The notes below the pieces were generated by a model. It had not been told where the DNA came from, searched no databases, and saw only the letters and a program-made list of their open reading frames with translations. A stretch of DNA of 64,000 nucleotides. It comes from Gemmatimonadales bacterium (GTDB lineage: Bacteria > Gemmatimonadota > Gemmatimonadetes > Gemmatimonadales > GWC2-71-9). The stretch is taken from positions 1,376,001 through 1,440,000 of the forward strand of contig OZ252244.1 of NCBI GenBank assembly GCA_965249575.1. Direction: 5' to 3'. Position numbers and translations under genes: made by a program. Each line of letters opens with the position of its first letter. Position 1 is the first letter of the stretch. This document shows positions 18,476 to 27,796 of this stretch, in pieces.

Positions 18476-19867
18476 ATGCTACCAGCAACTCGAATCGCCG
18501 GATTCTTACTCGCCCTCGTGTCGGTCCCGGCTGCAGCGCAGTTTCCCCCCGGGCAACAGGGCAGTCCCAACATGCACGTCCTCTCGCACCTGCCCGTCGG
18601 GTCGGACTACCGCCTCGGCGACCTCGACGTCGAGCAGGAGCTTGCGCGGCCGTACGCCTACCTCGCCATGCGGAAGGACTATGCCGGCTTCGCCGTGATC
18701 GATCTCGAGGACCTCACCAAGGCTTTCGTCCGCTATCACTGGAAGATCGAGTTCCCCGAGCTGCATCTGGGCGGGGGCGGCCAGGACGTCGAGTACTTCA
18801 AGACGCGCGGGCGGTACTACGTCGTGACCGCGATGCAGTTCCAGCAGGGCGGGCCGGATGTGAACCTCGGGGCCGTGGTGACGGACGTGACCAGCCTGCC
18901 CGACACCGCAGGTATCATGGAAGTGGGCCGCTTCCTTGTGCCGGACTCCCCCGGCGGGTTCCACAACGTATATCCGTACAAGCACTCGGACGGCCGGGTG
19001 CTGTTGTTCGCAACCTCGGGCGGCGGCGGGCGGATCTACGACCTCGACCGTTTCCTCGCGGGCGACCCCGATCAGGGATACGTCGGATTCGTCCCCGTGC
19101 CGGTGCCGTCTGACCAGGGACGTATGCGGACCCGGTATCACGATTTCTACGTCGCCTACGATCCGCCCACGCGGCGGGACATCTTCTACGGACCGGGGAG
19201 TGGCGGCTACTACGTGTTCGACGTGACCCGTCCGGAGGAGCCCCAGCTACTCACGTCCCTGACGAACATCCCGGGCGTGACGCACAACGGACACACGTTC
19301 ACCCCCACTCCCGACGGACGCTACATCGTGGCCGAAACCGAGTACCAGTATCAACCGCTCCGGATCTTTGACTTGAAGCCCGGTCTCGACGGCGAGGTCC
19401 AGAACATCTCGCGGCCCATCGGCGCGTGGCACGCGAACTGGCAGAACATCGCGCACAATCACGAGGTCCGCTGGCCATACGTGTTTGTCTCCGGGTGGGA
19501 GGACGGACTGTACGTCTTCAACATGATGGACCCTGCCAACCCGTACACCGTGGGCTACTACGACACCTTCGACGGCCCGCACGGCATGACGGGCGGCCGG
19601 GAGAACGTGTACGTCGTGCCCATGGGTGCGCCGTCGACCAACACGTATGCCGGCAACTGGGGCGTGATCTCGGGGACGTACGGAGTCGACGTCCGGAACG
19701 CCGACGGCCTCATCGTGGTGAGCGACATGACCACCGGCTTCTGGGCGATCAGGATGGACGGGTTCGACGGCTGGAACGGCCACCAGTGGGGGATGCCCAA
19801 CAACTCGAGTGCCCAGGATTGGGACAACGGGCCCGACGGGGCACCGAAGCGCGAGCGCGTGAGCTGA
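18476..19867 (+). CDS. Exported LVIVD-repeat/choice-of-anchor-B-like propeller protein (paralog 1)
   Basis: AAGGAGG RBS; signal ending AAA-Q; His-rich blades GFHN, YHD, GHT and AHNHEVRWPY. Confidence 0.85.
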   Translation: MLPATRIAGFLLALVSVPAAAQFPPGQQGSPNMHVLSHLPVGSDYRLGDLDVEQELARPYAYLAMRKDYAGFAVIDLEDLTKAFVRYHWKIEFPELHLGGGGQDVEYFKTRGRYYVVTAMQFQQGGPDVNLGAVVTDVTSLPDTAGIMEVGRFLVPDSPGGFHNVYPYKHSDGRVLLFATSGGGGRIYDLDRFLAGDPDQGYVGFVPVPVPSDQGRMRTRYHDFYVAYDPPTRRDIFYGPGSGGYYVFDVTRPEEPQLLTSLTNIPGVTHNGHTFTPTPDGRYIVAETEYQYQPLRIFDLKPGLDGEVQNISRPIGAWHANWQNIAHNHEVRWPYVFVSGWEDGLYVFNMMDPANPYTVGYYDTFDGPHGMTGGRENVYVVPMGAPSTNTYAGNWGVISGTYGVDVRNADGLIVVSDMTTGFWAIRMDGFDGWNGHQWGMPNNSSAQDWDNGPDGAPKRERVS

Positions 19868-20020
19868 CGACGGACAGCTGAGGCACGTCAAGCGGGATGG
19901 AGCGACCAGTTCCGTCCGCCGGCAGGTGTGGAACCGCTAGGGCCGGGCGGTTGACAAGCCGCCAGACTCGGCACAACTACTGGTCGTAACTGAACCCGAT
20001 GTCGTGTCCGTTGCTCTGCA

Positions 20021-20182
20021 TCACCCGAGATACTGCCGCGCTATCCGGCGGCCAACATACACGCCACCCGCAGTTCCCACGATGCTGAGGACGAACGCGG
20101 TCATCACACCCACGAGGCTCCCGAGCCACCAACCCAACCACCCCCCCACGATGGCGCCGACAAGTGCCAAGAGTTTCGACAT
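20021..20182 (-). CDS. Small Gly-rich two-TM membrane protein (53 aa)
   Basis: Below the ORF-track cutoff. MSKLLALVGAIVGGWLGWWLGSLVGVMTAFVLSIVGTAGGVYVGRRIARQYLG*. Confidence 0.7.
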   Translation of the reverse strand: MSKLLALVGAIVGGWLGWWLGSLVGVMTAFVLSIVGTAGGVYVGRRIARQYLG

Positions 20183-20290
20183 ATCCTACAGTCGCGTTGC
20201 AGGAAACTCGAGTCGGGAGTAACTGTTACCCATATCCCGCCCTATCTCTTCCCTACTTCCTGACGGTTCATTCAGCCTCAAAGAAAGACC

Positions 20291-20356
20291 GGATCCGCGC
20301 CTCCTCACTTCAATAGACCTCCCAAACGCCCGGCGTGGCGAGTTCCAGGAGATGGC
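20291..20356. repeat. Direct repeat copy 1 (3' end of the VOC gene plus downstream flank)
   Basis: 39-nt exact match GGATCCGCGCCTCCTCACTTCAATAGACCTCCCAAACGC with 23029-23067; imperfect similarity extends on both sides. Confidence 0.9.
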
Positions 20357-20747
20357 CGTCCGGATCACGAAAGTATAGGCTGCGCCCTGCCCGCTCCCAA
20401 GCCACCTCGCTCAGCACCTCGACCCCTTTGCTCTCGAGGGAGGTCCGCCATCCGGCAAGCTCGTCCTCGGCTATTGCGAAAGCAATGTGTCCTGCACCCA
20501 GGGCCTCTCCTTGTCCGACGAGGCAGGGTGGGACGTCGCCCCCTGGGCTCTTGCTGGGCACGCGGGCTTTCTCATGGGATACGAGGAGGAGCAGCAGTTT
20601 CTCCCCCACCAAGAACCTGCCCACAACTTCGGTCTCGGTTTGGGTCTCCGTGCCCTTCAATCCCAGCACATTCTTGTAGAAGGCGCACGCCCTCGACACA
20701 TCTTTCACAAAGAGTGCTGTTTCTAACAGACCGTTCAGCTCCGGCAT
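20310..20747 (-). CDS. VOC/glyoxalase family protein
   Basis: LETALFV...FYKNVLGL...HIAF...RSLYFRDPDGHLLELATPG. Confidence 0.92.
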   Translation of the reverse strand: MPELNGLLETALFVKDVSRACAFYKNVLGLKGTETQTETEVVGRFLVGEKLLLLLVSHEKARVPSKSPGGDVPPCLVGQGEALGAGHIAFAIAEDELAGWRTSLESKGVEVLSEVAWERAGRSLYFRDPDGHLLELATPGVWEVY

Positions 20748-20778
20748 TGGCTCTACCCAATCCCTTCGAGCTTGGGTC

Positions 20779-21300
20779 CTACGGCGACTCTCCGGGGCAC
20801 AACCAGCTCGATTTGTGCGGGTCCGCGCTTCGGCTAGGCTCTCTTCTTCTCAAAGAGAATCCTAATAAAGTCGTGTCCTTGTCTTTCTCTTCTGCCGTGA
20901 TGATCCATCCATTCTTCAGGTAGAAATCGATTGCCTGCTGATTCCCCTTGAATGTCTCAAGGCGGATTGTGGAGCACCCTAGATCCCAAAGCTGGCGCTC
21001 CGAATGAGCGAGAAGCTGCGAGCCAAGCCCTCTACGATGTAGCGATACGTCAACCATCATGAGGTGTATCAGATCTTCGAAGTAGATGGTAAAGGCGGCT
21101 ATCTCCTCATCCTTCAGCAGTAGATCGCAATTCTCCATGTGTTTCTGGAGTTCCTTATCGGCTTCACCGCTATTGATGTACCAATCGACGCTTTCATCCC
21201 CAAGAAAGCCGCGATAGCACTGGTCGATGGTTCTCCTTGCGATCTGCTGCATTCTAGGCAGGTCACCTGGCCCTGCCTTGCAAATCTGAATCCCGTTCAT
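20779..21300 (-). CDS. GNAT N-acetyltransferase; C-terminus probably frameshifted, true end ~20834
   Basis: HRRGLGSQLL and NQQAIDFYLKNGW motifs; lower GC; an alternative frame gives ...DFIRILFEKKRA*. Confidence 0.88.
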   Translation of the reverse strand: MNGIQICKAGPGDLPRMQQIARRTIDQCYRGFLGDESVDWYINSGEADKELQKHMENCDLLLKDEEIAAFTIYFEDLIHLMMVDVSLHRRGLGSQLLAHSERQLWDLGCSTIRLETFKGNQQAIDFYLKNGWIITAEEKDKDTTLLGFSLRRREPSRSADPHKSSWLCPGESP

Positions 21301-21434
21301 ACGGCCTCAGTCATCGTCGCCGTAGCGAAGCAGCGCGTTCCCGAGCCCGGCCAGGTAGATCATTTCTCCGTCCGGGCTCTTCTTTTGCGTGGACCTGGCA
21401 TCTCAAGGGGCTCGCCGCCAGAGAGTCGGCGTCC

Positions 21435-22961
21435 TCACCGCGCACCGCTTGGCAACGCAAACACAAACACCACCGGCGCTCCCTCGTTGCTAAAGTTCCC
21501 CGACGCCTGGCCTGAAGTCGTGGCGATGTACTGACGCCCATCGACCGAGTAGGTGACGATCCCGCCACCAATGGGCCCTCCCGTGTTGAAGCGGTAGAGC
21601 TCGCCGCCGGTTCGTGCGTCGAACACGATGAGATCACCGTCGAGCGCGACCAGTGAATTGGTGTAGAGATTCGGGCCGGGTCGAAGATGCGCCGGGAAAT
21701 CGGGAGCCGGGTTGGTGACGGCGACGTAGAGTTCCTCGCGCTCCACGTCCAGCGCCAGGGGCGTCCAGACGGCCCCGCCGCCAAGCGGGATGCCTTCGGG
21801 GTTGGGCCATGCTTGCCCTCCTTCTTCGCTCGCGCCCAGTACGGTCTTGAACTTCCAGACCGGTTGGCCATCCTCTAATCGGAAGGCGCCCACCCAGCCC
21901 GAGATGTTGTTCTCGCTCCCGGCGGGGCCGATGAGCACGAGATCTTCGTAGATCATCGGCGGCATGGTGATCGTTTCACCCAACACCGGCTCGGCAACGT
22001 GGCTCGCCCAGAGGAGCCGGCCGTCCGTGGCGTCGAGTGCGAGGAGGTATCCGTCGGCGGTACCGCGAACGACGCGCCCGTCCTTGATCGCGACTCCTCG
22101 ATTGTTGGGCCACGGCTCTGCGTCGCGCGGCTCCCATTCGTGCCGCCAGAGGGCGCGACAAGTCGCCGCATCCAGTGCAGCCGTCAGGCGTGTCGTCGAG
22201 ACGTACATGACGCCGCGGTAGACGATGGGGCCGGCCTGAAACGTGTGGTCCCCACCTAGCTGGAAGGCGCAGACAGCGGTGAGCTGGTTCGCGTTCCCAC
22301 GACGAATCTGCTCCAGCTCGACGTAGCGGCGACCGCTGTAGTCATGGGTGTGATACAGCCAGTCCACCGCGTTCGTGTGGGCGGCGGTGAGCTCGCTCTG
22401 CGTAGGGCCGCTGCCGGACGCCTCCAGCCCGCGATCGCCCTTGATGAACCGGGGAGCCGGAGTCGAATCCGTCTCGGCGACCTGACCGTGAGCCTCCAAG
22501 CGGATGGCGGCCAGCACCTCCGCGTTGGCCGAGAGCGCTCGCTCCCCGACACGGTATCCATTTCGCTGCAGAACGTAGGCGAGGACGTCGATGTAGTCGT
22601 CTTCGGACAGTGCACCACGACCGTCCCGGGGCATCGTCGTGCGGAGAATGTAGAACAGATCATCCAACGACCGCTCCGCCCTCCCCCACACACGAACGAA
22701 ATCCGGTCCCTTGAGCGGAGGCGCCGTGCCGTCATCCATCTCCACGCCGTGGCATACCGCGCAACGCTCGCGATACAACGCGCGCCCGGCCGAAGCCTGG
22801 GCAGCCGTGAACAAGGCCTCGGTGCTGCGAGCGTCGGCCACTTGGGCTGGAGCAGGAAGCGGACCCGCGATCAGCAATACGGCTACCAGCGTCCACGCCC
22901 CGCGGAACGGACGGGTGGGAAGATGGCAAGACAGGGTCGGAACCGAGCGATCGTGCATCAT
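21435..22961 (-). CDS. Cytochrome c-PQQ dehydrogenase fusion with an apparent in-frame internal deletion
   Basis: GGAGG RBS; signal peptide; CAVCH and TMP; then PQQ-ADH motifs (DWLYH, NRGVAI, GGAVW, RPGPNLYTNSLVALD) jumping directly to the last blade GDLIVFDARTG. Confidence 0.85.
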   Translation of the reverse strand: MMHDRSVPTLSCHLPTRPFRGAWTLVAVLLIAGPLPAPAQVADARSTEALFTAAQASAGRALYRERCAVCHGVEMDDGTAPPLKGPDFVRVWGRAERSLDDLFYILRTTMPRDGRGALSEDDYIDVLAYVLQRNGYRVGERALSANAEVLAAIRLEAHGQVAETDSTPAPRFIKGDRGLEASGSGPTQSELTAAHTNAVDWLYHTHDYSGRRYVELEQIRRGNANQLTAVCAFQLGGDHTFQAGPIVYRGVMYVSTTRLTAALDAATCRALWRHEWEPRDAEPWPNNRGVAIKDGRVVRGTADGYLLALDATDGRLLWASHVAEPVLGETITMPPMIYEDLVLIGPAGSENNISGWVGAFRLEDGQPVWKFKTVLGASEEGGQAWPNPEGIPLGGGAVWTPLALDVEREELYVAVTNPAPDFPAHLRPGPNLYTNSLVALDGDLIVFDARTGGELYRFNTGGPIGGGIVTYSVDGRQYIATTSGQASGNFSNEGAPVVFVFALPSGAR

Positions 22962-23028
22962 TCCTCCGAATGGAGCGGCTGCCGCAGCGCCTTGTTCGGA
23001 GGGGGCGCTGCCCTCAAAGCAGGACGGG

Positions 23029-23094
23029 GGATCCGCGCCTCCTCACTTCAATAGACCTCCCAAACGCACGGTGTGGCGACGTCTTGGAGATGGC
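23029..23094. repeat. Direct repeat copy 2 (decayed VOC 3' end)
   Basis: The minus strand reads HLQDVATPCVWEVY* versus HLLELATPGVWEVY* in the intact gene. Confidence 0.9.
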
Positions 23095-23353
23095 ACGCAC
23101 CCCAAACGATACGCCTGCGCACTTTTGCTAGATAGGAAAGAGGGGTGGTGCCACACCAATCACCGCCGACATCGGGGTTCCCTCATGTGGACCAGCTTCG
23201 GGACCAGCGGAAGTACGGGAAAATGCCACACGAAACGCCTGGAGGTATGGGAAAATACCGTATCGCCAGGAATTCCCTCGAATCCTTCGAGACGCGCTCT
23301 TCCCCCGGAAGAACTATGCTCGCAATGCGTTAGGGACTAATTTCAAATGCTAC

Positions 23354-23436
23354 GCGACCGTGGCGGAACTGGCAGACGCGCAGGATTTAGGATCCTGTGG
23401 GTAACCCCCGTGAGGGTTCGAATCCCTCCGGTCGCA
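23354..23436 (+). tRNA. trnL: tRNA-Leu (anticodon TAG); CCA not encoded
   Basis: GCGACCG/CGGTCGC acceptor stem; D arm TGGCGGAACTGGCAGACGC; CAGGA-TTTAGGA-TCCTG anticodon arm; long variable arm; GGTTCGAATCC T arm. Confidence 0.97.
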
Positions 23437-23480
23437 CTGGAGCAAGACGACCCCCGTTGTCCCGCCCGCCAATCCAAGCG

Positions 23481-23508
23481 CCATTCACCACTTACCACTC
23501 ACCGCCCC
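23481..23508. repeat. Heptamer tandem repeat (CCAYTYA)
   Basis: CCATTCA CCACTTA CCACTCA CCGCCCC. Confidence 0.6.
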
Positions 23509-23590
23509 ATACCCACTTGACGCCCAATTGACGCCACTCGGCCCAGCTTGGCCCGTCCCAGTACTGGCCCACTGTCTTCAGGAGGTTCTG

Positions 23591-24715
23591 ATGAAATCCG
23601 CTCTGCGAATCTTGCCCCTCGCCGCCGCGCTCGCCTTCGCTGCGTGCGACGAGGGATCGGTGCTCGAGCCCGATGGCGTCGACCCCAACCTGCGACGAGG
23701 CCCTGGCCCCGCGGCGCACGCGGTCTCGGTCATGACCTGGAACATGTACGTCGGCGCCGACGTCGACGCGGTCATCGCCGCGCTCCTGAGCCCGGACCCG
23801 AGCGACGACCAGCCGGCCCTGCTCGCGGCGATCGGGACGCTCCAGGAGACCGACGCGGCGGCCCGTATCAACGCGATCGCGCGCCGAATCGCGAGAACCA
23901 GGCCGCACGTCGTGGGCCTCCAAGAGGTCTCGGAGATCGACATCGATCTTACCGCGCTCGGTCTACCAGTGGTCATCGATCTCGATTTCGCGGCGCTCCT
24001 CCAGGCGTCACTCGCCGCACTGGGAGCCAATTATACGCTCGCCGCGTCCGTGCAAAACATCGACGTATCCCCATTCCCGGGCGTCCGCCTCGTCGACTAC
24101 GACGCCATGCTCGTGGATGCGAATCGCGTGCAGGTTTCCTCGGCGCACGGCCAAACGTTCGCGAACAACATCGGGGTAGTCGCGCCAGGCGTCGAGATCA
24201 AGCGCGGCTGGGTGTCGGTGGAAGGCACGGTCCACGGTCAGTCTTACACGTTCGTCAGCACACACCTCGAGTCCGGGCCTGGCGAACCGCTCTCGCTACT
24301 GCGCGCCGCGCAGGCCACCGAGATCGTGACGGCGATCGGCGATCGGGATCGGGCGGTCGTAATGGGTGACTTGAACGACGGGCCGGACTCTCCGATGCAC
24401 GGCGTGCTATCCGAGGCCGGCTTCGCCAACGCGTGGACTGCCTCTCGGCCCCATGCCCGTGGGCTTACCTGTTGCCACGACACGGACCTCTCGAACCGGC
24501 GGCCGATGTTCGACCAGCGGCTCGACTACGTGTTCGCTCGAGGGATCGGCAACCCGATCGCCCGACGTAGAGGTCGGATCGTTCGGCTTGGTATCCGGCC
24601 GTCGGAGCGAATCGAGGGACCGGTCCACCCGATCTGGCCGTCAGACCACGCGGGCCTGCTCGCGAGACTCTTCCCTTCCCGAGCTGACCTCCTGACCCGC
24701 GACGACCACGATTAA
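23591..24715 (+). CDS. Endonuclease/exonuclease/phosphatase family lipoprotein
   Basis: CAGGAGG RBS; lipobox FAAC; MTWN, GLQE, THLE, MGDLN, LDY and SDH motifs. Confidence 0.92.
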   Translation: MKSALRILPLAAALAFAACDEGSVLEPDGVDPNLRRGPGPAAHAVSVMTWNMYVGADVDAVIAALLSPDPSDDQPALLAAIGTLQETDAAARINAIARRIARTRPHVVGLQEVSEIDIDLTALGLPVVIDLDFAALLQASLAALGANYTLAASVQNIDVSPFPGVRLVDYDAMLVDANRVQVSSAHGQTFANNIGVVAPGVEIKRGWVSVEGTVHGQSYTFVSTHLESGPGEPLSLLRAAQATEIVTAIGDRDRAVVMGDLNDGPDSPMHGVLSEAGFANAWTASRPHARGLTCCHDTDLSNRRPMFDQRLDYVFARGIGNPIARRRGRIVRLGIRPSERIEGPVHPIWPSDHAGLLARLFPSRADLLTRDDHD

Positions 24716-24725
24716 CTCGACAGCA

Positions 24726-24762
24726 GTAGGGGCGGCATGCTCTGCACGCACGCCGCCCCTAC
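24726..24762. repeat. GTAG-type REP-like palindrome between convergent genes
   Basis: GTAGGGGCGGCATGC-N7-GCACGCCGCCCCTAC: 15-bp arms with one mismatch. Confidence 0.7.
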
Positions 24763-24803
24763 TCGAACACCCACTGACCCTCAGCTCCCACAACTCCTGC
24801 CGA

Positions 24804-24852
24804 CGACTCACTACTCACGACTCACCACTCGCCACTCACCACTCACCAATCT
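24804..24852. repeat. Heptamer tandem repeat (CNACTCA x6-7)
   Basis: CGACTCA CTACTCA CGACTCA CCACTCG CCACTCA CCACTCA CCAATCT. Confidence 0.85.
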
Positions 24853-26343
24853 TCACCGCCACCTAGGCACCAAATCGTCCAAGCCATTGGTCGTGAGCTG
24901 GATGGGGGTACCGCCCGCGCTTTCCACGACGCAGACCTCCCGGCCGCCGCCCGACGGCCCACACATGTACGCGATTCGCTCCGCCGGCGTTTGCGGCCCG
25001 CCGAAGTCTTGCGCCGGCGACCAGGTGACGAAGAACTCAAACTCGGCGCCCGTGGTGAGCGGCGTCAGCCCGTTCCCATCTGGATCCATGAGATGGATGT
25101 CGGCCTGCTCGGTGGTATCCGCGACATCCACGATGAGACCGAACGCGACCTGGGTGCCGTCGTGCTTCCAGGAAATCCTGGGCTCCATGTCCTGCATGAG
25201 ATCGAAGTTCGTGATGCGAGTCAGACCGGACCCGTCCGGCGCCATGACATACATCTCGTCGAGCACTTCCATGGTGTCGCCGGTCATGACCTCGAAGAGG
25301 GATCGGTTGAACGCGAGGAGCATCCCGTCCGGGGACCAGCTCGGTAGCCGATCCACGAGCAGCGAGTCGGTCATGCGCGGGGCCTGGGAGAGGTTCATCT
25401 CCCCGGACCCATCAGCGTTCACGACGTAGATCTCCTGAAACGCGTCCTCGAACGTGATATAAGCGATTTTGCTCCCGTCCGGCGACCATGAGGGGAACCA
25501 CTCCGTGAACTGGCTGGTCGCGATCGCGATTACGTTGCTCCCGTCGGTGTCCATTAGAAGCAGATCCGGATCGCCCAACTCGTCACTGATGAACACGATC
25601 TTCAGGTAGTCCGGCGACCACGCAGCACGGAGTTGGTTGTCAGGGCGATCGTACTGCGTGAGCGTGCTCTTGTTGAGCGCCATGACGTACACGTCGAAAT
25701 CGCCGTCTCGGTTGCTGGTGAACAGTATCTCGGCGCGGCCCGCCCCCCACGTCGAGCCCGGTGCGCCGGTCTCCTCGATCCGATTCTCGACCCCGAGCCC
25801 GTTCGTCAGGTTGGTCTCGAACGTACCGTCCGATTCCACCACCCACAGATCGACGTTCCCACCCCATCGCTCGAAGAGGATCGGATCGCGATAGCACGTG
25901 ATGGTGAAGTCGACGTCCGAGGTTAGGTCGGCGGCCACCGCTATGATTCGGCCGGGCACCCTTTCCGGCACGCAGTTGCTCGCCTGACCTGTGAGCAAGA
26001 CGCCACGGTTCCCGGCGGCGACGTCGTCAAATGTGACGGAGCCGTTCAGATCGATTGCCTCGGGCGTTCCGCCATCGAGCGAGACCTCATAGCCGCTCGA
26101 ATCCACTTCCACGCCACGGGTCGTAACGCTCACGGTCACCGATCCGAATCCAACCGACCCCGGCGTCGGGCTCATGCCACCATCCCCGCAACCGGCCAAG
26201 AGCGCGACGCAGCCACCAGCAAGGACGACCCCCGCCCGATTGACGCGCCGGTGGCGTTGCCCTCTCGAGCACGCGTGCGTACGATCCAGCAGGTGCAAAA
26301 CACTCGCCGAATTGTCATAGGCCTGTGACATGGTGCCTCGCAA
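24853..26343 (-). CDS. TolB-like PD40-repeat lipoprotein with an N-terminal Ig/PEGA-like domain (start uncertain)
   Basis: LLAGC lipobox; GYEVSLDG...NC...C domain; WSPDG repeats. Confidence 0.85.
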   Translation of the reverse strand: MRGTMSQAYDNSASVLHLLDRTHACSRGQRHRRVNRAGVVLAGGCVALLAGCGDGGMSPTPGSVGFGSVTVSVTTRGVEVDSSGYEVSLDGGTPEAIDLNGSVTFDDVAAGNRGVLLTGQASNCVPERVPGRIIAVAADLTSDVDFTITCYRDPILFERWGGNVDLWVVESDGTFETNLTNGLGVENRIEETGAPGSTWGAGRAEILFTSNRDGDFDVYVMALNKSTLTQYDRPDNQLRAAWSPDYLKIVFISDELGDPDLLLMDTDGSNVIAIATSQFTEWFPSWSPDGSKIAYITFEDAFQEIYVVNADGSGEMNLSQAPRMTDSLLVDRLPSWSPDGMLLAFNRSLFEVMTGDTMEVLDEMYVMAPDGSGLTRITNFDLMQDMEPRISWKHDGTQVAFGLIVDVADTTEQADIHLMDPDGNGLTPLTTGAEFEFFVTWSPAQDFGGPQTPAERIAYMCGPSGGGREVCVVESAGGTPIQLTTNGLDDLVPRWR

Positions 26344-26425
26344 CCGCGGTATCGCCTGCCAACGATTTGCCGGCGAGCGGGGACGCGACTCACAGCTCGC
26401 CGACTTACCTGAGGAAGGAAACTAC

Positions 26426-27709
26426 TTGTTGCGACGGCTCCCCGCTTCACTGATCGTGCTGGGCCTCGCTGCCGGCTGCGGAGACGGCGACGCTCTGGGT
26501 CCAGCGGGTGAGCTGCCGCCGGAGCTCGTCGGAACCTGGACCGCAACGTTGTTTGAGTTCGCCGGAACCCCTCAGCTCATCGCCCCCGGCCAACGCGTCA
26601 CCCTGATCATAGAGGCGGGCGGCCTCTACCGAGTGGATGGGGTCGAAGACGGTGACCCCAGTCTTGGCCGGATTACCGTTGACGGAAGCCGGATTCAGTT
26701 CAGGGGTGGCGACCTCGAGGCGGTCGACGCGTTCACGCTGCGGCAGGCGGGCGGGCGGGCGCTCGTGGCGAATACCGGCAGCAACAGCGTTTCGACAATC
26801 GAGCCCGGCACGCTTCTCACGCTCGCTGGCCCGCAGGGCATTCGAGCGGTCCTCCAGCAAGACGCGGTAACCGCGGACATCCTCGGCCTCGGGACCCGCC
26901 CCGTGGGTATCATCGCGACGGCCGACGCGTCCCGGGCCTACGTCGCGAACGGATCGTCGAGCAACGTTTCGGTCTTCGACATCACAGCGGGCACCGTGAC
27001 CGACACAATTGAGATCGGGGACGGACCGAACGGCATGGCGCTCGGACCGGACGGCAGCTCGCTTTACGTCACCAACTTCATCTCGAACACCGTATCCGTC
27101 ATCGCGACGGCGACCGATTCGCTGGTGGGCACGATCGACGTGGGCGAGGAACCGGTTTGGGTGGCCGTGGCCCCGGACGGCGTGCTGGCGTATGTCACCA
27201 ACGCGCGGTCCGGAACCGTCTCTTCGATCGATATTGCCACCCTGACACAGGTCGATTCGGTTCTCGCTGGCATCCGACCGTTCGGCATCGTGCTGACCGC
27301 AGACGGCGCGGTCGCCTACGTAGCCGATATCTTTGCCGACGTGGTCCGGGCCTTTGAAACCGCCACGCTGACAATCACACAGCAGATCTCGGTCGGGGAC
27401 GGACCCGGAGTAATCGCGCTGTCACCGGATGGAGCGTTTCTCTACGCCGCGAACTTCAACTCCAACAACGTCACGGTCATCGAGACCACGAATCACACCG
27501 TAGTAGCGACCGTGCCGGTTGGCAGGTCCCCGACAGCGGTGGCATTCTCACCCGACGGCGCCTACGCCTTCGTCACGAACGGACGGTCGCGAAGCATGTC
27601 GATGATCGATACGGAATACCGAACCGTGTCGCCACCTACCGGGTCGGCAACGAACCGTTGGGTGTGGTGGTCGTGCCGGGATGAGTTCAGGATAGAACGA
27701 CGAGCGTAG
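26426..27709 (+). CDS. YVTN/YncE-family beta-propeller lipoprotein; last blade frameshifted, true end ~27684
   Basis: GAGGAAGG before TTG; LAAGC lipobox; YVAN/YVTN..S.VSVI repeats; an alternative frame gives VATYRVGNEPLGVVVVPG*. Confidence 0.88.
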   Translation: MLRRLPASLIVLGLAAGCGDGDALGPAGELPPELVGTWTATLFEFAGTPQLIAPGQRVTLIIEAGGLYRVDGVEDGDPSLGRITVDGSRIQFRGGDLEAVDAFTLRQAGGRALVANTGSNSVSTIEPGTLLTLAGPQGIRAVLQQDAVTADILGLGTRPVGIIATADASRAYVANGSSSNVSVFDITAGTVTDTIEIGDGPNGMALGPDGSSLYVTNFISNTVSVIATATDSLVGTIDVGEEPVWVAVAPDGVLAYVTNARSGTVSSIDIATLTQVDSVLAGIRPFGIVLTADGAVAYVADIFADVVRAFETATLTITQQISVGDGPGVIALSPDGAFLYAANFNSNNVTVIETTNHTVVATVPVGRSPTAVAFSPDGAYAFVTNGRSRSMSMIDTEYRTVSPPTGSATNRWVWWSCRDEFRIERRA

Positions 27710-27730
27710 GACCCGGCACACCGCTCCCTT

Positions 27731-27758
27731 TTCGACATTCGACATTCAATACTCCAGG
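27731..27758. repeat. Heptamer tandem repeat (TTCRAYA)
   Basis: TTCGACA TTCGACA TTCAATA CTCCAGG. Confidence 0.5.
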
Positions 27759-27796
27759 TTCTACCTTCTCCCCAAGTCGCTCCTCCCTCTCAGCTG

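Noticed and set aside
23354..23436. tRNA-anchored prophage or integrative element
   Set aside because: No integrase is present and I found no second copy of the tRNA 3' end; the nearby repeat derives from the VOC gene.
24804..24852. Possible CRISPR array
   Set aside because: The units are 7-nt tandem repeats with no spacers, and no cas genes are present.
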